Assembly: GCA_963695335.1 (NCBI GenBank)
Contig: OY968764.1
Coordinates: forward strand, 1,088,001 to 1,152,000
DNA: 64,000 nt
Direction: 5' to 3'
DNA from: an uncultured bacterium
GTDB lineage: Bacteria; Babelota; Babeliae; Babelales; Vermiphilaceae
How positions within the stretch are numbered: the stretch's first letter is position 1; each line of letters opens with the position of its first letter. Positions 51,693 to 61,348 of this stretch are shown one piece after another. Made by a program: the position numbers and the translations under genes. The notes beneath the pieces are model-generated. The model was not told where the DNA came from. It saw only the letters and a list, made by a program, of their open reading frames with translations, and did no database searches.

Positions 51693-53005
51693 CAGGGCGA
51701 TCGCATTTAAAACCCTGGATTTATAAGGGTATCCAAAATAAAATTAGGGTCACTATTTCCTCTTCGTAATTTATTTCCCAAGCTGAAATCTGAGGTTTTT
51801 CTGGTTAAAAGTGAATTAACGAAGGCACTGAGAAAATTAAAATTTTGAGCCCCATGGCCTTTTCTTAAGCTTCTTTGATCATCGTTAAAATTGACATCAA
51901 GACTTCTGTGAAGATGGTTTTCGATGCTCCAATGGGCACGAATATAACCCAAGATACGTTCGGGATCTGCTGGTAGGCTGCTGATAAAAAGACGTATATT
52001 ATTTGCATTTCTTCTTTTACCTTCAACCTTTGATTCTATAAGAGTTATTGATTTTAGATTGGTCCATTCTTTCTTTTGATAGATCCAATCAATATATTCG
52101 GTTGAATAGCACCTTCGGATTTCTTTTCTACCATGCTTATAATCGATAGTTTCATGATATTTATATGCAATTTCTTCATGTTCACCTTGTGCGAGTGTAC
52201 GTAAAAAAAGGTCAATATCTTCGTAAAGTAAACGATTATTCAGTTTAACTGGCAAGATATAATCACCGCCTCGTGCGATAATTTTTTTTACAAATGCTTT
52301 TCTTGTACCCATCGCATCAATAGTGATTACTTTTCCCTTTAAATTTAGCGTATCTAATACGCGATTCATACCGGTTAATTCATTATTGCCATCTGGAACA
52401 CGTGCTTGCTCAAGAACTATTTTTGATGAAGGACTGAATGCATTTATTAACGTAAACGGATTGTTTGAAGACCAAGCTTCTATGACTTTGCCATCAATTG
52501 CGATATGGTCGCTATTATCATGCAGTGCAACTTCGAGCCAAAGCACTAACCAATCTTTTAATTCTTTTGGATTTAAAAGTAAAAAGACACGATGGAAGGT
52601 ATCATGTGATGGAATACCATTTGGAAGCCATATTTTATCATGTAACCATTCTTCATGATCATGTGCAAATCTCACCACATGTACCCAGTTTTGTGCACCG
52701 GAAAATATAGCTAAAATTGCAATCAAAAGTATTACGACAAGTTCATGTTTTTTACATCGATCAATTCTTGGATCAGTGACTTCTTCTAAGCATGCTATAA
52801 GATTTGCCAAATGGTCGTAGTTATGCCATATTTCATGCAGTATGATGCTCATTAAAAATCTCCTTTTTCAAGTGGGACGTTTTTTTTGAGCATCATACTT
52901 TTTTTATTTTGTTCCGTCTTTATCCTCCAGCCTCCAATACAAATAGTGTATCAAGTGAATTTCGAAATTTCCGTTAAAATCAGAGTTTTAAATGCGATCG
53001 CCCTG
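51693..53005 (-). mobile_element. ISAs1-family insertion sequence, 1313 bp
   Basis: 25-bp terminal inverted repeats CAGGGCGATCGCATTTAAAAC(C/T)CTG (24/25 identical) flanking a transposase. Confidence 0.93.
51707..52852 (-). CDS. ISAs1 transposase
   Basis: DPR, GIPSHDTFHRVF, IAIDGK, ITIDAMG, YILPVK.N, RAHWSIENHLH..LDV.F..D. Confidence 0.95.
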   Translation of the reverse strand: MSIILHEIWHNYDHLANLIACLEEVTDPRIDRCKKHELVVILLIAILAIFSGAQNWVHVVRFAHDHEEWLHDKIWLPNGIPSHDTFHRVFLLLNPKELKDWLVLWLEVALHDNSDHIAIDGKVIEAWSSNNPFTLINAFSPSSKIVLEQARVPDGNNELTGMNRVLDTLNLKGKVITIDAMGTRKAFVKKIIARGGDYILPVKLNNRLLYEDIDLFLRTLAQGEHEEIAYKYHETIDYKHGRKEIRRCYSTEYIDWIYQKKEWTNLKSITLIESKVEGKRRNANNIRLFISSLPADPERILGYIRAHWSIENHLHRSLDVNFNDDQRSLRKGHGAQNFNFLSAFVNSLLTRKTSDFSLGNKLRRGNSDPNFILDTLINPGF

Positions 53006-53156
53006 GATCATCAATCCTGCGCAACATATAAAAAGCTTTATTTACTGACTTTTTATCTTCAATTCAAACAACACTATTGCCATTTGCAATTTAACAACCA
53101 TATAATAAAAATGATACTAAGATTTATTTTGTATAAAACCTGACAAGGATATTGCT

Positions 53157-53321
53157 ATGAGAAAATATATATTTTTTATATTCATCATCATAAACATCCT
53201 ACATGTTACCAACCTCATGCCATGCCCTTGTGAATTTTCAGCTGATGATGAACGACCATTTTTTGAACAGTATGAAATAGAAAATAAGAGCGCTGACGCG
53301 CAAGAAAAGGATAAAAAATGA
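53157..53321 (+). CDS. Small secreted protein (54 aa, below the ORF-track cutoff)
   Basis: MRKYIFFIFIIINILHVTNLMPCPCEFSADDERPFFEQYEIENKSADAQEKDKK*; AAGGA RBS; TGA overlaps the next ATG. Confidence 0.6.
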   Translation: MRKYIFFIFIIINILHVTNLMPCPCEFSADDERPFFEQYEIENKSADAQEKDKK

Positions 53322-53692
53322 AAAAAATAAATACGATTGCGCTCGCCCTGAACTTGTTGAAGGGTTTCTTCGAGCGCTCGAGGATATCCTTCGACAGGCT
53401 CAGGACGAGCGCGGGACTACTACTACTCATTTCTTTAACACCTCTTGCAGCGGGTCCTTATTGCATAGATAAACAAGGACACTCTCTTGCATGTCCCTGC
53501 AATTGTGATGCTGTAAGAAGAAGATATTGTATTGATTGCACTCATTTGCAAGATGCTCAGCCATTAACTGTTATTGACTCTACTCAGAAACAAATATATG
53601 GTTCAACAACAAAGGCATACATCCCTGAAGATCTAAAACATGCGCTTGAAAAATTGGCTGCTCAGTACGTTAAAAATAAATATGATGTATAA
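53318..53692 (+). CDS. Small Cys-rich secreted protein with a 25-aa repeat-derived insert in its signal peptide
   Basis: MKKINTI[ALALNLLKGFFERSRISFDRLRTSA]GLLLLISLTPLAA; CPCNC and CIDC motifs. Confidence 0.7.
   Translation: MKKINTIALALNLLKGFFERSRISFDRLRTSAGLLLLISLTPLAAGPYCIDKQGHSLACPCNCDAVRRRYCIDCTHLQDAQPLTVIDSTQKQIYGSTTKAYIPEDLKHALEKLAAQYVKNKYDV
53339..53413. repeat. Family A inverted pair, 75 nt, in frame in a CDS
   Basis: GCGCTCGCCCTGAACTTGTTGAAGGG..TCCTTCGACAGGCTCAGGACGAGCGCG. Confidence 0.92.
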
Positions 53693-53708
53693 TAATCGCT
53701 CGCACTTT

Positions 53709-53736
53709 AATCCTTCAACATGTTCAGGATGAGCGC
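53709..53736 (-). repeat. Family A arm supplying the ppsA stop codon
   Basis: rc GCGCTCATCCTGAACATGTTGAAGGATT; its TGA ends the ppsA frame. Confidence 0.8.
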
Positions 53737-56126
53737 GAGCGCATCAAAAATGATAATACTGAATCGCTATTTAATGAAAGTGAATCAATACCCTCTTTAA
53801 TTAAAAATTCAGCAATATCAGGATAATCCGATGGTGCTTGACCACAAATGCCAATATATCGTTTATTTTTATGCGCACCTTCAATTGCCATTGCCATCAT
53901 TATTTTAACTGCTTCATCACGTTCATCAAACAATTCTGCAAGAATTGTAGAATCACGATCAACACCCAAAACCAATTGTGTTAAATCATTTGATCCAATA
54001 GAAAAACCATCAAAATAACGTGCTAAATTCATCAATCATAATCACATTTGATGGAACTTCACACATCATTACAAATTCCAAATCATTTAGTCATGCTTTA
54101 ATCCATGTTTTGCCATTTCAGCTTCAACCAACTGTGCTTCTTGCACCGTGCGCACAAATGGAATCATAATTTTTATATTTTTTAAACCCATCACGTCACG
54201 CAGCGTGCATAAGGGCTGTACATTCCAATGCAAACGCTTGCTTGTAACGTTCATTGTAATAACGTGATGCTCCACGAAACCCAATCATCGGGTTTTCTTC
54301 TTCTGGTTCAAAATAAGCTACCACCAATAAGATTACGATACTCATTACTTTTAAAATCAGAAAAACGCACCGTTACTGGTCGTGGATAAAAAGCTGCTGC
54401 AATCATACCAATACCTTGTGCTAGACGTTCAACAAAAAAATCTGTTTTTTTACTGATATGCAGCAGTTATTTCATCTATTTTAGCTTTCATTCTTTATCT
54501 TTAACTTTTTCAGGATGAATAAGTGCCATGGGATGAATTTTGATAAGATTCGTGATAATAAATTCCATACGCGCAAGACCAACTCCTGCAACTGGTAAAA
54601 ATGATGTCTGAAATGCACTATCAGGATCAGCAATATTAACCATAATATCAACTGTTGGTTTGGGGATATCTGTAAGAGCTATTTTTTTAATGGTATATTC
54701 CAATTTTCCCTTATAAACAGCGCCTGTAGCGCCTTGAGAACAATCGATCGTTACCACTTCTCCAGTTTTTATTACAGCAGTTCCGTTATCAGTCCCAACA
54801 ATTGCAGGAATACCCAATTCTCGGCTCACAATTGCTGCATGGCACGTGCGCCCACCACGATCAGTAATAATACCTGCTGCACGCTTCATTGCAGGAACCC
54901 AATCAGGATCAGTCATTGTTGTAACAATAATCTCACCATCTTTAATTTTACTAATATCTTTGGCACTTTTTACTACACGTGCTATACCAGATACAATTTT
55001 GTGACCAATACTCAAACCAGTCACAATAGTTTCTTTTTTTGCACCGTTTTTTATAATATAGCGCTGTAATGCAACTTCTTTTTTACCACCATAAATGGTT
55101 TCTGGGCGTGCTTGCACAATATACAATTTCCCATCATGTCCATCTTTTGCCCACTCAATATCCATGGGTGACCAGACTTGTCCTTCGAAGCTTTAGCGAA
55201 GTAGGATTTCTTTAATTTTGAATAATAGTTTTCAATAGTAACCACGAACTGTGCGAGTTCAATAATTTCTTTATCAGTTAATGCAAAAGTATGCTGATCT
55301 TTCTTTGATACTTTTACTGTTTTTATATGGGCATGCCCATATATAATCTTTGTCTTTTTATCACCACATAATTTTTTAATAATTGGTGTAAACCCTTCGC
55401 AAGCGTGAGTTTATGCACAACAAATTCATCTGGAGTCACCAAGCCTTGTACAATTGATTCACCAAGTCCATACGATGCATCAATCATCACCACATCTTTA
55501 AAACCAGTTTCTGTATCCAATGAAAATGCAACTCCAGAAACTGCACCATCAGAACGAATCATTTTTTGTACACCAATAGAAAGCGCAACTTTAAAATGAT
55601 CAAATCCTTGATCAATGCGATACATAATTGCACGATCAGTAAATAGAGATGCTATACTTTTTTTGCATGCATCTAATAACTTTTCATCACCAACCACATT
55701 TAAAAATGTATCTTGTTGACCAGCAAATGATGCTGTGGGTAAATCTTCAGCTGTTGCAGAGGAACGAACCGCAACATCAATATTATGTTTCTTATACCGA
55801 GTGGAAAGTTCATGATACGCTTGCAGAATTTCTTGTGCCAAATCATCTGGCATTGTTCCACTCATAATAAGTTTACGAATTTCAGAACCAACTGTATGCA
55901 CGTTTTTTGTACCATGCAGTTGCTTCATAACTGATTTCATTTTTGCAAGCAACTTATTTTCATTAATATAGTGCCAATACGCATCTGCTGTTATGGCAAA
56001 TCCCATAGGCACTCTAATCTTTTGTGATGAGAGTTGCGTTATCATCTCACCCAATGATGCATTTTTTCCACCAACCTGGCTAACATCAGCAAGACGTATT
56101 TCATCAAAATATTTTATATAGCGCAT
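53724..56126 (-). CDS. ppsA: Phosphoenolpyruvate synthase, with many apparent frameshifts in 54.0-55.4 kb
   Basis: [66 protein letters not shown] found in successive frames. Confidence 0.92.
55177..55206 (-). repeat. Family B 30-nt hairpin, in frame in ppsA
   Basis: TCCT ACTTCG CTAAAG CTTCGA AGGA CAAG = [10 protein letters not shown], between YYSKLKK and PMDIEW. Confidence 0.88.
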
Positions 56127-56141
56127 ATTCTCTCACTTACG

Positions 56142-57341
56142 TTATATCAAAAAAGCTTCCAATAAATTCAACCAATTAGGATTACCCTCAGTCCAATACA
56201 AACCATAATATGATGGATCAAGTGAGAAACGAGAAAAATATATAGAAATCCCACCTGCTTTAGAATAACGTGCGCTCGTAACATTAGCTTTAACAACATG
56301 AGCAAGCAAACGTAATCCGTTATTCACAAGCTGTTTAAACTGATTAATCACTGAATTTGATAACTTTAATCCATCAATATATTTCAATACATTCTTATAA
56401 AACTGGCATAGATCAATATAAATACCTTGATCAAAAGAAGGACAAAGATTAGTATTAATACATTTTTTAAGAGCAATTCGAACATCTGTACTATTTTTTC
56501 CTGTTAACTGTGTTGTTAAAATTTGAGCAACTGCACTACAATTATCAGCCAATGGTTGCAACAAATTTAAATCAATTGCCGACAATGTATAATCAGATGT
56601 TCCCGTATACTCTTGTTGATATGCACGTACCATTAACTGAGCAAAAGAAAGCGGATCAAAAGTCTGAGTTGCACATTGGCGTAACACATATGCATATTCA
56701 AATCCATCCACAGGAACTTCTTCTTCCGATGCAACCATATAATCGGCACACGCAGACAATGCATATGCCATTTCAATTGATCCTAAAAAAGACGCATCAA
56801 ATACTATAATGTCAAACTTTTGTCCCCCACGTAAACTATTTTTTGCCCATGAGAATGCTTGCAAACAATCGCGATCTGTTAAATAATTATCGGTATCAAA
56901 ATCATAACAAACTCCCTTAGTCTGCATCATCGTAGATCTATTTAAAGGCCCCGATCCATGATTCCACAACACCACAGCAATATGATCTGAAGGATAATCA
57001 ATACAGGCCCATTGCAATGCTTCTTGCAATGTTGCCACATCACCACTATCGCGCACCATTCTATCACCAATTTGCACTATTGATCCGTTTTCAATATACA
57101 ATTTTGCACTGTATTTTTGTTGCCCCTCTTCATGCAGCGTAAGATATACTATGACATTAATATTCTCATTAGAACCAGCTTGTGCCATTTCCTCTAAATC
57201 TAATAATGCATATTGACTCAGATCATTTGCTGCCGCCATATATACCAAAAATGTCCACGGTTTTTGTTCAATAGCCTGCACTCTGCACATAAAAAAAGAA
57301 GCGCCTACAATACATAAGCCCTTCCATACATCTTTTATCAT
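56142..57341 (-). CDS. Clostripain-family (C11) peptidase homolog, secreted; catalytic Cys apparently Ser
   Basis: WTFLVYMAAANDL, WNHGSG, FDASFLG..EMAY, MVASEE, GISIYF. Confidence 0.85.
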   Translation of the reverse strand: MIKDVWKGLCIVGASFFMCRVQAIEQKPWTFLVYMAAANDLSQYALLDLEEMAQAGSNENINVIVYLTLHEEGQQKYSAKLYIENGSIVQIGDRMVRDSGDVATLQEALQWACIDYPSDHIAVVLWNHGSGPLNRSTMMQTKGVCYDFDTDNYLTDRDCLQAFSWAKNSLRGGQKFDIIVFDASFLGSIEMAYALSACADYMVASEEEVPVDGFEYAYVLRQCATQTFDPLSFAQLMVRAYQQEYTGTSDYTLSAIDLNLLQPLADNCSAVAQILTTQLTGKNSTDVRIALKKCINTNLCPSFDQGIYIDLCQFYKNVLKYIDGLKLSNSVINQFKQLVNNGLRLLAHVVKANVTSARYSKAGGISIYFSRFSLDPSYYGLYWTEGNPNWLNLLEAFLI

Positions 57342-57414
57342 ACTCTCTCCCTTGTAAGAAGATTATTACAAATCAATATCCACATCCTAAAAAAATTGAT
57401 ATACCAATTTCTAC

Positions 57415-57448
57415 AAAAAAAATAGGTCCGTGTTTTTCACGGACCTAC
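57415..57448 (-). terminator. Intrinsic terminator
   Basis: A-run + TAGGTCCGTG-TTTTT-CACGGACCTA. Confidence 0.8.
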
Positions 57449-57474
57449 CTTTAATATTCTTTCTTAATCAGCGA

Positions 57475-58056
57475 TTATAATACTGCTATGTATTCTGCGC
57501 CTGTAACTTTACTTAATGCTTTTTTCCAAGCTTCTTTTGGAGTCACAAGAAGAATAAATATAGCTGCGGCTTCAGGTAACAATTTATTATTTGTTTCTAG
57601 TTGTTGTAACACATATGCATCAAACAGTCCCATTGCACCCGATGGTTTTTGTGCTACTTTATTACGTTTAAGCGTAACAACAGAACCATCATCTTCTTTG
57701 GTTCTAACAGTTTGCTCATCAAGTTTGAATTTTGCTCCAACAAAATATTTATCAATAAAACTCAAAATAGTTGCGCGAGAATCAGCATCAAAAATATTGT
57801 AAGAATTGAGCAACGCTATAATATCATCTTGCATATTACTATAGTCATAAGTCCCTCTTGGTTTTGTATCCAAACGAACTTTTGCAGCAAGTCCTAGCGC
57901 AACAGCAGCAACAAGCAAAGTGTGTTTATTAATAGGACAAACAGAACTGTCTGTTGCGAATGGATTTAAAAAATTGAAACAAGAAACATTACTTGATGAG
58001 ACAACCATTGCAAAAGCTAATGCAACTGATTTTGTACGTGCCGTCAAAGTGATCAT
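57475..58056 (-). CDS. Hypothetical secreted/membrane protein
   Basis: Signal-like N-terminus, further hydrophobic segment. Confidence 0.7.
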   Translation of the reverse strand: MITLTARTKSVALAFAMVVSSSNVSCFNFLNPFATDSSVCPINKHTLLVAAVALGLAAKVRLDTKPRGTYDYSNMQDDIIALLNSYNIFDADSRATILSFIDKYFVGAKFKLDEQTVRTKEDDGSVVTLKRNKVAQKPSGAMGLFDAYVLQQLETNNKLLPEAAAIFILLVTPKEAWKKALSKVTGAEYIAVL

Positions 58057-58220
58057 AATAACCCTTTTTTGTGTAAAAATGTAAAACATTGAGTTCAATT
58101 CTGCTTAAACGATATACCATAATATAAAAAAGTCAAAAAACAGTAACCATTTTGACATGCAATGTAACTTACATATAATAAAATCTATCCATTAAATTCT
58201 TTATAATTGGAGTAGTAAAC

Positions 58221-58835
58221 ATGTATGCATGTATTAATAAACAGATACGATATTTTTTTGTCATATTACTTTTTTGTAATGTATGCACTTCACAAACAGA
58301 TTCTAACGAACTTCCCTCATTATATCCCACGCACTACTATATAGCAGCAACGGCTGCAGCATTACTTATTGGGAAATTATGGTACGATTACTTTTACAAC
58401 AACAGCTCAACTCCAGAAGAAACAATTGAATGCTGCCAAGCAACATTTAGTACCATACAGCAAGATATCATTCATTATCAGAAACTATACAACAATGATG
58501 CACACATGAGCGATTGGGAACTCAAAGAACTCATCTTAGACAACAGTAAAGATCCATATCCATTTTTGGAATATTACAGATCGCTCCAAGATGCTTTACT
58601 GCTCTTACAACAACATCACGCAACCGTTACAACACACATCGCTGAAATTAAAAAACATGAAAAAAAACTAAAGTACAAAAATCTAACTCTGCAACTTAAA
58701 CGAGAAGGGACAAATCTTGAAAAGCAGATTGCAAAAATAATATCTTTGATAACAATACTCCACATGAGAATCCAATCATTCAAAGAATATCATGAAGATT
58801 GTTATTATTGGAAAGAAAAAATGGGCAGTGCATGA
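58221..58835 (+). CDS. Hypothetical membrane/coiled-coil protein
   Basis: GGAG RBS; signal plus TM segment; ATGA overlap with the next gene. Confidence 0.7.
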   Translation: MYACINKQIRYFFVILLFCNVCTSQTDSNELPSLYPTHYYIAATAAALLIGKLWYDYFYNNSSTPEETIECCQATFSTIQQDIIHYQKLYNNDAHMSDWELKELILDNSKDPYPFLEYYRSLQDALLLLQQHHATVTTHIAEIKKHEKKLKYKNLTLQLKREGTNLEKQIAKIISLITILHMRIQSFKEYHEDCYYWKEKMGSA

Positions 58836-59920
58836 AAAAGCTTTTCATTATTTTTATTATGATAGCAGTACCACACATCTCTCATCTTTTTTGTATGGAA
58901 GCTATGAAAAACACATCTGCAAGCAAGCAAGGCATAATTTATGCACCATGGCGAGAAAATTATGTTAATGCACCACAAAAACCATACATGTTAACCAACA
59001 AATCCTGCACACTTTGTAATATCATCAATAATAAAAACAACCCTGAAAATCTTATTTTACATCGCGGAAAACATTCACTGATTATGCTTGCAAGTCAGCC
59101 ATACATAGACAATGGTATACATCTTCTGATTGTTCCGTATGAACATAAAAAAGAGATATCTGAACTATCGCCAGAATCATATCATGAAGAAAATATGTTT
59201 ACTCAACAACTATGTGCCTTATTTTCATCACACGCCAATGAAACATACATTAACTCTAATCAAGGCTCTGCTGCCGGAGCAAGCATACCAGAACATCAAC
59301 ATAAACATATCATCATCAACCATGCCCCCATTTATTACAATCTTAAAGACGCAGTACAAAACACAAAAAAGCAGATTAATCTGCCAACGCTCTATGAACA
59401 ACTACTCCCGCAAATAAAAAGTTTAGAAAATGTTAGTGTTCCTCAAACGCAACTGTTTAATGTCCACAAAAACTGTTATTACTGCTCAATATTACAAAAA
59501 GATCCCCAAGAAAACTTCATTATTCATCGGGGTAAACATGCAACAATTATGCTCTCTCATTACCCTACCTATTTTGGAGAAATAGATATTATTCCCAATG
59601 AACACGTTGAAGCACTCGAAGCAATGTCAGCTGAAACATATGAAGAAATTAATAAGCTCACCACAGAAATGTATCCTCTTGCGCTTAAAATAATAAATGC
59701 TCAGGATAGTAATATTGGATTAGTTTCGTATGGTAGTAAATCACCGCAGAAAGAGCATATCAGACAAAAATTGATTCCGCGCAAAGATAGTTGGAAAAAA
59801 ACACCAATCACAAAAAGTAATCATATCAGCGGTGATATTAAAAGATTTTATAACAAATTATTATCAGAATGGCATTCGTTACTCGACAAAAATTACTACA
59901 AACAAACGGCAAAATTGTAA
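58832..59920 (+). CDS. Secreted tandem HIT-domain protein (Ap4A phosphorylase-like)
   Basis: YAPWRENY, CTLC, HLLIVP, NQGSAAGASIPEHQHKH; second copy CYYC..HRGKHA..IIPNEH with a degenerate triad. Confidence 0.85.
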   Translation: MKKLFIIFIMIAVPHISHLFCMEAMKNTSASKQGIIYAPWRENYVNAPQKPYMLTNKSCTLCNIINNKNNPENLILHRGKHSLIMLASQPYIDNGIHLLIVPYEHKKEISELSPESYHEENMFTQQLCALFSSHANETYINSNQGSAAGASIPEHQHKHIIINHAPIYYNLKDAVQNTKKQINLPTLYEQLLPQIKSLENVSVPQTQLFNVHKNCYYCSILQKDPQENFIIHRGKHATIMLSHYPTYFGEIDIIPNEHVEALEAMSAETYEEINKLTTEMYPLALKIINAQDSNIGLVSYGSKSPQKEHIRQKLIPRKDSWKKTPITKSNHISGDIKRFYNKLLSEWHSLLDKNYYKQTAKL

Positions 59921-59924
59921 CAAC

Positions 59925-59957
59925 AAAAAAATAGGACTGATCTAAATCAGTCCTATT
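59925..59957. terminator. Terminator between convergent genes
   Basis: AATAGGACTGAT-CTAA-ATCAGTCCTATT. Confidence 0.8.
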
Positions 59958-59978
59958 ACAAAATCACAATTATATTTC

Positions 59979-61049
59979 TTACTTCTGCAGCGCTAATCTG
60001 CGCCGTTCTTCACGATCAAGCGTACGTAAAGCTTCAACAATCTCATCAAGATCACCTTCAATAACATAATCTAATTTTTTCAATGTTATATCAGCATTAT
60101 GATCAGTAACACGATTTTGCGGGAAATTATATGTACGCGTTTTTTCAGCACGCATACCTCTTCCCACTTGATCTTTACGCTGTTTGCCAACCTCAGCTGC
60201 ATGACGTTCTTTTTCAAACACAAGTAAACGTGATTGTAACACTTTCAAAGCTTTAGCTTTATTTTTGTGCTGAGAACGCTCATCTTGGCATGAAACTACA
60301 ACACCTGAAGGGATATGGGTAATACGCACGGCTGAGTCAGTGGTATTAACATGCTGACCACCAGCACCACTCGCACGGAACACATCAATACGCAAATCAG
60401 CAGGGTTAATGGTTACATCAACTTCTTCCGCTTCAGGCAATACTGCCACTGTGGCTGTTGAAGTATGAACACGTCCCTGCGTTTCCGTTTTTGGTACACG
60501 TTGCACACGATGAACACCCGCTTCAAACTTTAAATGCCCATAAACACCAGTGCCTTCAACGTGCAATGTTACATCACGAATACCACCAAGATCAGTAAAA
60601 CTTTCATCAACCACCGTTGCTTTCCAACCCTTGCGCAATGCATAGTTTGTATACATTCTCAAAAGATCAGCTGCAAACAATGCCGCTTCTTGCCCACCTG
60701 CTCCTGCACGTATTTCTATAAAAACTGAACGTTCATCATGTTCATCAGAAGGGATCATAAGATCTTCAAGAGCTCTCTCTTTTTGCAGTTTTTGCAGTTC
60801 AAGATCATGCAACTCAAGCTTAAAAAGTTCCGACATTTCTGGATCTTCTACTGAACTTTTGAGCTGATTTTTTGCATCAACAATCAATGCTTCACAGCGT
60901 GCAAGATCTTTCTGCGCATCTATAATACGCAAAAGACGAGCCAGCTCTTTTTGCAGCACAATTCTTTTTGCGCTATCAGTAACAGTAGCTAGCTCGCTTG
61001 CAAGATCGTCATATTTTTTTTGCAATAGAGCGATATCAGACATATTCAT
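59979..61049 (-). CDS. prfA: Peptide chain release factor 1
   Basis: EIRAGAGG, HRVQRVPKTE (PxT), GAGGQHVN, RTYNFPQNRVTDH. Confidence 0.97.
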   Translation of the reverse strand: MNMSDIALLQKKYDDLASELATVTDSAKRIVLQKELARLLRIIDAQKDLARCEALIVDAKNQLKSSVEDPEMSELFKLELHDLELQKLQKERALEDLMIPSDEHDERSVFIEIRAGAGGQEAALFAADLLRMYTNYALRKGWKATVVDESFTDLGGIRDVTLHVEGTGVYGHLKFEAGVHRVQRVPKTETQGRVHTSTATVAVLPEAEEVDVTINPADLRIDVFRASGAGGQHVNTTDSAVRITHIPSGVVVSCQDERSQHKNKAKALKVLQSRLLVFEKERHAAEVGKQRKDQVGRGMRAEKTRTYNFPQNRVTDHNADITLKKLDYVIEGDLDEIVEALRTLDREERRRLALQK

Positions 61050-61055
61050 AAAAAT

Positions 61056-61259
61056 TTACGCTTTTTTTGCGTATTTTTTATTGAATTTATCAATACGACC
61101 AGCAGTATCAACAAATTTCTGTTGGCCAGTAAAGAAAGGATGACAATTAGAACAGATAGTAACTCTTAATTCATTATTTGTTGAATGAGTTTCAAATGAA
61201 TTACCACATGCACAGCGTGCAGTGACTTCATGAAGATTTGGATGAATATTCTTTTTCAT
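61056..61259 (-). CDS. rpmE: 50S ribosomal protein L31, zinc-binding form
   Basis: [26 protein letters not shown]. Confidence 0.96.
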   Translation of the reverse strand: MKKNIHPNLHEVTARCACGNSFETHSTNNELRVTICSNCHPFFTGQQKFVDTAGRIDKFNKKYAKKA

Positions 61260-61348
61260 ACAATGCCCTCGTTATTTTATGTTTTTATAAATCTATTTCT
61301 AGGGAATAATATTCTAAATGTAACTGAAAAACGTCCTTTTGTAAAGGC

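Noticed and set aside
2701..53736. Recurring palindromes as a CRISPR array
   Set aside because: Dispersed, with no regular repeat-spacer period and no cas genes in the window.
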